This document shows positions 18,702-25,872 of a stretch of DNA of 64,000 nucleotides, piece after piece; the stretch's first letter is position 1, and every line of letters starts with the position of its first letter. The stretch comes from an uncultured Solibacteraceae bacterium (GTDB taxonomy: Bacteria > Acidobacteriota > Vicinamibacteria > Vicinamibacterales > SCN-69-37). The position numbers and the translations under genes were made by a program. The stretch lies in NCBI GenBank assembly GCA_964419785.1, contig CAYQRM010000112.1:5927-69926 (forward strand), in the 5' to 3' direction. Below the pieces are notes generated by a model. That model did no database searches. It had not been told where the DNA came from and saw only the letters and a program-made list of their open reading frames with translations.

Positions 18702-18926
18702 TCACGATTCGGGGCGCGCGGACGCTGGAGACTCGGATGCGGTATCGCCGCTCGGCCCGCCGTCGAGTTTGGCCACGCGCGCGCGGAGCCGGGCGAACTC
18801 GAAGCGGAGCTCCCAGTGCGACTGGCTGAGCGCGGAAAACCGCCGGGAAATCGCCGCCACGCGCAGTGCGGCCACGACCGAGACGAGCGCGCCCCCGGCA
18901 GCCAGGGCGACCATCCACATAGCCAA
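18702..18926 (-). CDS. small hypothetical membrane protein (one TM helix plus amphipathic/coiled segment)
   Basis: 74 aa. MAMWMVALAAGGALVSVVAALRVAAI then SQSHWELRFEFARLRARVAKL. High GC3 consistent with coding. Stop lies 12 nt before the lpdA start. Confidence 0.45.
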   Translation of the reverse strand: MAMWMVALAAGGALVSVVAALRVAAISRRFSALSQSHWELRFEFARLRARVAKLDGGPSGDTASESPASARPES

Positions 18927-18975
18927 CTAGTCTACTTCGACGGGGGAACCAACGACGAGGCGGGACACGCGGTGA

Positions 18976-19012
18976 CGCTCGTTGACAGGTGAACACCACC
19001 TGTCAACGAGCG
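18976..19012. promoter_or_regulatory. perfect 16-bp inverted repeat carrying two opposed TTGACA boxes (operator/promoter or hup terminator)
   Basis: cgctcgttgacaggtg-aacac-cacctgtcaacgagcg. Lies between the hup stop (19035) and the start of the small ORF/lpdA operon (18926). No U-tract on either side. Confidence 0.5.
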
Positions 19013-19034
19013 CCCAGCCGTGTGATCTCGGTGA

Positions 19035-19334
19035 CTACTTGCGGGGCAGGACTGCGTCTTTCAGCTGCTTCGCAATACGAGCCTTCACGACCGTCTTGGC
19101 TGGGATCTTGATCGGCTCGCCAGTGGCCGGGTTGCGTCCCTCACGTGCCTTGCGACGCTGCACGACCAATTTGCACATACCGGGCAGCACGAACTCCCCG
19201 GAACGCTTCAGCTCTTTCTCACTCAGTCGGAGCAGTTCATCGAACAGATCGCGCACCTGGGTGCGCTTCATGTCGAACTTCTCCGCGAAGTGCGCGAAGA
19301 GCTCCATCTTGCCCATGCGCCGGGCGTCGGCCAT
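19035..19334 (-). CDS. hup: HU/IHF-family DNA-binding protein
   Basis: 99 aa. GEFVLPGMCKLVVQRRKAREGRNPATGEPIKIPAKTVVKARIAK is the HU arm motif (R-N-P-x-T-G). Confidence 0.9.
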   Translation of the reverse strand: MADARRMGKMELFAHFAEKFDMKRTQVRDLFDELLRLSEKELKRSGEFVLPGMCKLVVQRRKAREGRNPATGEPIKIPAKTVVKARIAKQLKDAVLPRK

Positions 19335-19481
19335 GCGTCTTCTCCCTGGCTAGGGCGCGCGTTCAAGGTTGTGTCGTTGAACCGCGCGCGCATGCGGTCC
19401 GACGGCAAAGACGAAAAACGGGCCGTATCGTAGCCTTCTGCCCGAAAAGATGTCAATCGCCCGAGTGACTAAAATGATCCC

Positions 19482-19826
19482 ATGTCCGCTGTCGAAACCT
19501 TCCCGAATCCGCGCCCCGAGCGCGACTACGAGATCGAGATCCGTTGTCCGGAGTTCACGTCGATGTGTCCCAAAACCGGACTTCCGGATTTCGGCGAGAT
19601 CGTGATCCGGTACATCCCCGACGCTTCGTGCATCGAGTTGAAAGCATTGAAGTACTACCTGCTCGCGTATCGCAATCAGGGCATCTTTTACGAGGCCGCG
19701 ACGAACAAGATCCTCGACGATCTCGTGGCCGCCTGCGGGCCCCGAAAAATGACCGTAACTGGGGCATTTTCCGCCCGCGGCGGCATCACAACGAACGTCG
19801 TCGCGACGTACGAAAAAAATAAATAA
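19482..19826 (+). CDS. queF: NADPH-dependent 7-cyano-7-deazaguanine reductase (unimodular type)
   Basis: 114 aa. Catalytic Cys loop [10 protein letters not shown] and QueF motif ELKALKYYL. Confidence 0.9.
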   Translation: MSAVETFPNPRPERDYEIEIRCPEFTSMCPKTGLPDFGEIVIRYIPDASCIELKALKYYLLAYRNQGIFYEAATNKILDDLVAACGPRKMTVTGAFSARGGITTNVVATYEKNK

Positions 19827-19827
19827 A

Positions 19828-20094
19828 TTGAACGACGATCCTGTTCCCATCCCCATTACGGGCGAGCTCGATCTGCACGCGTTCCGAGCCGCCGACATTC
19901 CCTCCGTCGTCGACGAGTACCTGCAGGCAGCGCGCGAAGCGGGACTGACGGAGATCCGGCTCATCCACGGTCGAGGGCGCGGCGTGCAGCGCGGCATCGT
20001 GCAAGCGCTCCTCGAACGCCATCCACTCGTCGTCGAATTCTGGGACGACCACGACGCGCATCTCGGCGCGACCTGGTGCCGGCTGGCATCGTGA
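19828..20094 (+). CDS. stand-alone Smr (small MutS-related) nuclease-domain protein
   Basis: 88 aa. LDLHAFRAADIPSVVDEYL...EIRLIHGRGRGVQR matches the Smr core (LDLHG...HG.G.G.L). TTG start 1 nt after the queF stop. Confidence 0.75.
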   Translation: MNDDPVPIPITGELDLHAFRAADIPSVVDEYLQAAREAGLTEIRLIHGRGRGVQRGIVQALLERHPLVVEFWDDHDAHLGATWCRLAS

Positions 20095-20280
20095 TTGCGT
20101 AGACACCAGTCAACTTCGACGTGAGAAGCCAGAAGTTAGACGCAAGAACCGCAACGGTGCGCAGCGCGTTGCAGATTCTGCACGGCCTGCGCGCGGACAA
20201 GGTGGCAGTTTCTGCAAACCGATCGCCTCGCAGCGGGCCGTTACGCGCGTATTCGGCAAGAGCGCTGGCGGATCGAGCGC

Positions 20281-22611
20281 GTGCGCGCGCAGCACGGCGT
20301 GACTCGCTACGACGTCGCCAGGCGCGATCGCCGGCGCACGTTTCTCGCGCCATTCGACCGGCCGACGACGTCGACCGACGATGGCCGGCCAACGCGCGTG
20401 TCGGCGGCACATGCGTTCGCCCGCCTCGCCGGGCAGATCGCGTCGGCGCGCGGGGTTCGCACGATCTCGTCCGCGGTTGGCGCGGATCTGACGATCTTGC
20501 CGCACCAGCTCGAGCCCGCGCTGGCGGTGATCGCTGGCGCTCGACGGGTGCTCGTGGCCGACGAAGTAGGCCTCGGCAAGACGATTCAAGCGGGCCTCGT
20601 GATCGCCGAGGTCGTTCGACGCCTGGCGGCGGCGCGGGTGCTCGTCGTCGTCCCGGCGTCGCTCGCCGAGCAGTGGGAAGAGGAACTGGCGCAACGGTTC
20701 GGGCTGGCGTGCCGTCACGGCGATCGGTTTTCGATCGACGCGCTCTCGCAACGCGCGGCCTCGGCGGACAACCCGTGGCGCCTCGCCGGCGTGTGGATCG
20801 CGTCGCTCGATTTCTTGAAGCAGCTGCATGTGTTCGAGTCGCTGCCGGCGGCGGCATGGGACCTGGTCGTGGTCGACGAGGCGCACGTCGCGTGCGGCGA
20901 CTCGGATCGTCACGCAGTGTGCCGCCATCTGACCGCGAGCGCGAGGAGCGTCGTCCTGCTCACGGCGACGCCCCATGACGGCGATCCGGCGCGATTCGCC
21001 CGGCTGCTTTCCCTCGGCACGCGTGGAGACAGGAACGAGTCGATCGAAATCTTTCGCCGGACGCGACGCGACTTGAATCTGGATGCGCCGCGGCGCACAA
21101 CGTGGCATCGCGTCGCGCCAAGCGAGGCGGAGTCGCGATTGTTCGACGCGCTGCTTGGATTTGAGCGCCACGTGCTCGCTGCGACTGGTACGGAGCGTCA
21201 GGACGTCGCTCGGCTCCTGCTCTCGGTGTTTCGCAAGCGCGCTCTGTCCACGGCCGCAGCGCTTGGCATCTCGCTGCAACGCCGGCTTGCGTGGCTTGAC
21301 GAGGTTGGCGGGACGGTCGAGGCGGCTCCGCGTCAGCAAGCGTTGGCGTTCGGCGAAGCCGACGAGTTCGGGGCGGACGAGGCGATCGGATTGTCCGTGG
21401 ATCTCGGCCTCGATCCAAATCGCGAGCGTCTGTGGATCCGTCGCGTGCTCGGCCTCGCCACGGCCGCTGCGCGGCACGAAACCAAGGTGCGTCGTCTCTT
21501 CGCGCTGGTTCGTCGCGCGCGCGAGCCCATCGTCATCTTCACGGAATTCCGCGACTCGCTCGACGCGATTCGACGTCGGTGCCCTGCCGGGCTTGCCGTC
21601 GCTTGCCTGCACGGCGGCCAAACCGCGGCCGAACGCCGGGTCGAGCTCGGCCGCTTTCAGCGCGGCGAGGCCTGCGTACTGCTCGCCACGGACGTCGCGG
21701 GCCTGGGCCTCAATCTGCAGGCGCGCTCGCGGCTCGTCGTCAATGTCGAGCTGCCATGGAATCCAGTGCGGCTGGAGCAACGTGCGGGTCGCGTCGATCG
21801 GTTCGGCCAAACCAAGCGCGTGCACGTGGCGCTCTTCGTCAGCACTCATCGAGCCGAATCGATCGTCATTGTCCGGCTGGCCGAACGGGCTCTCGCTGCC
21901 GAGCGAGCCACCGACGACGTGCCGATCGACGGCGGTCTCACCGGCAGTGCGTTGCGCGCGGCCGTGTGGACGGGCGAAGCGCCGGCGCGTCCGACGCCAA
22001 CTTCGCCACCTTGGTCCGTCACGAGACGCTGGTCGCGCGTAGCTCGCGTCGCGGCGCGAGCGCTCGAACGGCAACGCGCATTTCGCCGCCACTGGCGCGC
22101 ACCGGACGTCGACTGCGAGCGTCCGTGCTGGGCCATCGCTCCATCCTTCGGGTTCGATAGACCGGGCGGGCGTGGCGGGCTCCTCGTGTTCAATGTGCCG
22201 ATCGTCGACAGTGCCGGCACGGTCGTCGAGTCTCATGTCGTGCCGTTAGTCGCGCCGGTTCGTAGCCTGCGCGATGCTCTCGCGTCGTCAGCAATCGACA
22301 TCGCCCGCGCCAAAGCCATGGCGGCGGTTTGGCCGCGGTGCCGGCGGCTGACTCGGGTCCTTCGGCGCAGCCACGATCGCGAGGTCGCGCGCGAGCTTGC
22401 GCTCGGGCGCTGGCTCGCGGACCGTGCGCGGCCGGGCGAGGCGCAGCCCGGCTTGTTCGATCGGCGCGAGTGGCAAACGTGGCGGGCGCGTGCTGATCTC
22501 GTCGGCGAGATCGCGCGCGCGACAAACGCTCGAATTGCCGATCTCGAGCGCGAGGCAACGATCGAGATCGGTCGCCCGTCGCTCATCGCCGTCTTGGCGG
22601 CGAGCCGATGA
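20281..22611 (+). CDS. SNF2/DEAH-type SF2 helicase/translocase with unassigned ~270-aa C-terminal region
   Basis: 776 aa. Motif I DEVGLGKT, II VVVDEAH, III LLTATPH, V LATDVAGLGLNLQ, VI QRAGRVDRFGQ. GTG start. The frame is open upstream to 20140 without a canonical start. Stop overlaps the next start (ATGA). Confidence 0.85.
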   Translation: MRAQHGVTRYDVARRDRRRTFLAPFDRPTTSTDDGRPTRVSAAHAFARLAGQIASARGVRTISSAVGADLTILPHQLEPALAVIAGARRVLVADEVGLGKTIQAGLVIAEVVRRLAAARVLVVVPASLAEQWEEELAQRFGLACRHGDRFSIDALSQRAASADNPWRLAGVWIASLDFLKQLHVFESLPAAAWDLVVVDEAHVACGDSDRHAVCRHLTASARSVVLLTATPHDGDPARFARLLSLGTRGDRNESIEIFRRTRRDLNLDAPRRTTWHRVAPSEAESRLFDALLGFERHVLAATGTERQDVARLLLSVFRKRALSTAAALGISLQRRLAWLDEVGGTVEAAPRQQALAFGEADEFGADEAIGLSVDLGLDPNRERLWIRRVLGLATAAARHETKVRRLFALVRRAREPIVIFTEFRDSLDAIRRRCPAGLAVACLHGGQTAAERRVELGRFQRGEACVLLATDVAGLGLNLQARSRLVVNVELPWNPVRLEQRAGRVDRFGQTKRVHVALFVSTHRAESIVIVRLAERALAAERATDDVPIDGGLTGSALRAAVWTGEAPARPTPTSPPWSVTRRWSRVARVAARALERQRAFRRHWRAPDVDCERPCWAIAPSFGFDRPGGRGGLLVFNVPIVDSAGTVVESHVVPLVAPVRSLRDALASSAIDIARAKAMAAVWPRCRRLTRVLRRSHDREVARELALGRWLADRARPGEAQPGLFDRREWQTWRARADLVGEIARATNARIADLEREATIEIGRPSLIAVLAASR

Positions 22612-25600
22612 CGACGATCCATGGCATCAGTGGCTCGCTGCTGCCTGCGCAGTTTCTCGTCACCGTATTGTCACGGGGACCGGACGGCGGACGCGACCCG
22701 AGGCTCGAACAGAAGCGCCGCCAGCTCGAACGATGGTGGCGGGCCGTCGAATCGCGACACGGGCCGGTCAGCGGCCTGCACGCGCTCTTCGACGACGTCG
22801 CCATGCCGCTCTTCGGCGCGCTGGGATTTCGCGCGTCGGGCGCGCGGATTGAGCGCGAGCGATTCGTCGTGCGCCTCGACACGCCCGCATCGGCGCCGGT
22901 CGCGCTCATCGTGGCGCCGTGGGCGTCTCGGGCCTCGCTCGCTTGGCGCGAGCTGCTGATCGCCGCGAGGGCGATCGGTGCCGACTGGTGCTTCCTCCTC
23001 GGCCCGCCGTTCTTGTCGCTCGTCGACGTCCGAGGTCACGCGTCCCGGCGCGGGCTGGAGTTCCGCATGCCCCACGTGCTCCAACCGGCGAGCTTCGGCC
23101 CGTTCTGGGCGCTCGCCCACGCTGGCGCGTTCGACGCCCCCGTTCGCGGCGCGCTTACCGATCTCGACGCGCTGGTTGCGGCCGCGAGCGGGTTTCAGGA
23201 TCGCGTCCGCGCCGACCTGCAGATCGGCGTCACGGCGGCTCTGCGCGCGCTGCGGCCGGTCGTCTCGGCCGGCGCCAACGGGTTCGACGAGGCTCTAACG
23301 CTCGTGTATCGAATGCTGTTCCTGTTGTTCGCGGAGTCGCGCGATTTGGTACCGCGGTCGCATCCGATCTACGCGGGCGCATACGCGCTCGGCTCGCTAT
23401 GCCAGGCCGCCGCGGGAGGCCATCAGCCGGGGCTTTGGGACGGACTGGCAGCAATCACGCGATTGCTGCGCACCGGCTGCCGCATCGACGATCTCGTGGT
23501 CGCGCCGTTCAACGGCCGGTTGTTCGCGCGTGCGTCGGCGACGACGCTCGAAGCAGGCTCGCCCAAGGCCCGCTCAACGCCCAGAGTCACGAAGCGCGAC
23601 GCCGCGGTTCAGCGCGCACTGGTCGCGCTCGGCACGCGGACGGGACGCGCCGGCCTCGAGCACATCAACTACGCCGATCTTGGCGTGGAGCAGCTCGGCG
23701 CGGTCTACGAGCGTGTGCTCGATCTCGATCCAGATTGCCTCGATGACGAACCTGCGGTCCGCGACGTGCGCGCTCGCTCCGGCGCTCACAGCGAGCGTCG
23801 AAAACAGACGGGCACGTTCTACACACCTCAGCCGCTCGCGGAGTTCGTCGTCCGGCGCACGCTCGCGCGGCTCGTCGCGGGCGCGAGCTCGGACGCGATC
23901 CTCGCGCTTCGCGTGGTCGATCCCGCGATGGGCAGCGGCGCGTTTCTCGTCGCGGCTTGCCGATATCTCGCCGCGGCGTACGCGCGAGCGCTTGTGGACG
24001 AAGGACGGTGCGCCGAGACCGACCTCGACGACCTCGAGCGCGCGAACATCCGGCGGCTCGTTGCAGAACGATGCCTTGCTGGCGTGGACGCGAATCCTGT
24101 CGCCGTACAACTCGCGCGACTGTCAATCTGGCTCACGACGCTTGCTGCCGGCAAACCCCTCGGCTTTCTCGATCATCGTCTGCGTGTCGGCAACAGCCTC
24201 TTCGGCGCATCGCCCGACGATCTTCGACGGCTGACGATGAAGCGCGCGTCGGTGGATCAGCCGCTGTTCGATCTGGAGGCGGGCGAGCTCGAGGAGGCGA
24301 TGAGCCGAATGGCCCGACCCCTCGTCGAGCTGGCCGAGCGGCCCGACGATTCGGTCGCCGACGTCCATGCGAAGGAAGCGGTCTGGGCACGACTGACGGG
24401 CGACGTTTCTCCGCTGCGCCGCTGGCGCGACGCCGCCGACCTGTGGTGCGCGCGCTGGTTCTGGCGCGGTCAGCCGCCGAGTCCGCAGGAGGTCCGCGCG
24501 GCACTTGATGCACTCCTGCGCGACGATCGCACGCTCGCCTCGTCGACGCTCGGTCGGTGGATCGCTCAGGCGCGCAGTCTGGCGGCGGAGCAGCGATTCT
24601 TCCATTGGCCGCTCGAGTTCACGGACGTCTTCTACCAGCCATCCGGCGAGGTGCGCGATCGGCCCGGCTTCGACGCCGTCATCGGCAATCCGCCATGGGA
24701 GATGGTGCCGCTCGTCCGTTTCATTCGCGAGTCCGGTCTTTATCCTTCTTGCGATCGAGGTCATCTCAATCTCTATCAGCCGTTCCTCGAGCGATCGCTC
24801 TCGCTCACACGCGACGGCGGACGAACGGGTCTGATTCTGCCGTGGGGCTTGGCGGTCGACGATGGCGCGACGGCACTCCGACGGCGACTTCTCGATCGCA
24901 CGAGCCTTGAAACGCTGGTCGGGCTCGACAACGCCGAAGCGCTGTTCCCGATTCACCGCGGCGTGAGGTTTCTCGTCATCGTCGCGAAGGCCGGCGGCCA
25001 GACGCGCGAGGTACGAGCGCGTTTCGGCGTGAAGACTGCGGCGCAGATCGACGATCTCCCGGATCGCGAAGATCCGGCTGAATCCGCTTACCCGATCCGC
25101 CTGACGTTGAATGGTCTTGGCACCGTGGGCGGCCGGACGCGCCGGTTCCCGGACGTACGGTCCGATCGCGATCTCGAGCTGCTCCAGCACGTGGCGTCGA
25201 TCGGCCCGGCGCTCGGCAGCCGCGAGGGTTGGAACGTTCAGTTCGGACGCGATCTCAACGCGACCGACGATCGCGAGAGTTTAGGCACGAGCGGCCTGCC
25301 GGTGATCGAAGGCAAGCACCTGCAGCCGTTCGTCGTCGACACCGGCGCGGCGACGTCGCGCATCGCGCACGCGGAGGCGTCGCGCCGGTTCCCCGATCGC
25401 CGCTACGAGCGGCCGCGGCTCGGCTACCGTGACGTGTCGGCGTTCGCGAACCGCCTCTCTCTCATCGCCGCCATCGTCCCGCCGGGCGTGCTCTCCACGC
25501 ACACGGTCTTCTGCCTGCGCACGCCGATCGACGCCACGCGCGAGCACTTCCTCTGCGGGCTGTTCAATTCGTACGTCCTCAACGCTGTCGTCCGGATGCT

Positions 25601-25862
25601 GATGGGCGGACACCTCACGACGAGCCTCGTCGAGGACCTTCGCGTCCCGGCATGGACGGGCGACGAAGAGCAGCGGCGAATCAGCGCGCTGGCGCGGCGG
25701 CTCGCGCGGTGTCCGGCATCCGGCCGATCGCTTGCGGCACTCCAAGCGGCCATCGCCCGCCTGTACCGGCTCGACGCGTCGATGTTCGCGCACGTGCTCG
25801 CCGGCTTTCCGCTTGTCCCGGAGGCCGATCGCCGGCGCGCCTTCGACGCGTTTGCGCTATAG
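22608..25862 (+). CDS. Eco57I/Type IIG-like N6-adenine DNA methyltransferase with N-terminal nuclease-like (apparently non-catalytic) domain and C-terminal specificity region
   Basis: 1084 aa. GTFYTPQPLAEF, motif I VVDPAMGSGAFLVAA, motif IV VIGNPPWE. Helical LVYRMLFLLFAESRDLVP segment typical of Type IIG/BREX-type methylases. No D...(D/E)xK triad seen in the first ~220 aa. Confidence 0.85.
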   Translation: MTTIHGISGSLLPAQFLVTVLSRGPDGGRDPRLEQKRRQLERWWRAVESRHGPVSGLHALFDDVAMPLFGALGFRASGARIERERFVVRLDTPASAPVALIVAPWASRASLAWRELLIAARAIGADWCFLLGPPFLSLVDVRGHASRRGLEFRMPHVLQPASFGPFWALAHAGAFDAPVRGALTDLDALVAAASGFQDRVRADLQIGVTAALRALRPVVSAGANGFDEALTLVYRMLFLLFAESRDLVPRSHPIYAGAYALGSLCQAAAGGHQPGLWDGLAAITRLLRTGCRIDDLVVAPFNGRLFARASATTLEAGSPKARSTPRVTKRDAAVQRALVALGTRTGRAGLEHINYADLGVEQLGAVYERVLDLDPDCLDDEPAVRDVRARSGAHSERRKQTGTFYTPQPLAEFVVRRTLARLVAGASSDAILALRVVDPAMGSGAFLVAACRYLAAAYARALVDEGRCAETDLDDLERANIRRLVAERCLAGVDANPVAVQLARLSIWLTTLAAGKPLGFLDHRLRVGNSLFGASPDDLRRLTMKRASVDQPLFDLEAGELEEAMSRMARPLVELAERPDDSVADVHAKEAVWARLTGDVSPLRRWRDAADLWCARWFWRGQPPSPQEVRAALDALLRDDRTLASSTLGRWIAQARSLAAEQRFFHWPLEFTDVFYQPSGEVRDRPGFDAVIGNPPWEMVPLVRFIRESGLYPSCDRGHLNLYQPFLERSLSLTRDGGRTGLILPWGLAVDDGATALRRRLLDRTSLETLVGLDNAEALFPIHRGVRFLVIVAKAGGQTREVRARFGVKTAAQIDDLPDREDPAESAYPIRLTLNGLGTVGGRTRRFPDVRSDRDLELLQHVASIGPALGSREGWNVQFGRDLNATDDRESLGTSGLPVIEGKHLQPFVVDTGAATSRIAHAEASRRFPDRRYERPRLGYRDVSAFANRLSLIAAIVPPGVLSTHTVFCLRTPIDATREHFLCGLFNSYVLNAVVRMLMGGHLTTSLVEDLRVPAWTGDEEQRRISALARRLARCPASGRSLAALQAAIARLYRLDASMFAHVLAGFPLVPEADRRRAFDAFAL

Positions 25863-25872
25863 TCCCCGCACA

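Noticed and set aside
19335-19481. Possible preQ1 riboswitch upstream of queF
   Set aside because: I could not find the short P1 stem plus the A-rich tail and CUA pseudoknot pattern of preQ1-I/II. Only a generic GC hairpin closer to hup is present. A covariance-model scan (Rfam RF00522/RF01054) would settle it.
20110-22236. 708-aa ORF antisense to the helicase. Similar very long antisense or out-of-frame ORFs occur at 4611-6059, 25681-27489, 27450-29300, 44861-46756, 49208-51565, 61510-63657 and 61527-63332.
   Set aside because: They are Arg/Ala/Pro/Gly-rich and contain no recognisable motifs. They lie opposite or out of frame to ORFs with clear family signatures. This is the expected stop-codon-poor artefact of very GC-rich DNA.
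19482-25862. queF next to helicase and methylase genes considered as a Dpd-like 7-deazaguanine DNA-modification/restriction island
   Set aside because: There is no tgt/dpdA-like transglycosylase, no dpdB/C and no queC/D/E genes. The methylase has ordinary N6-adenine motifs. queF alone is explained by tRNA queuosine synthesis.
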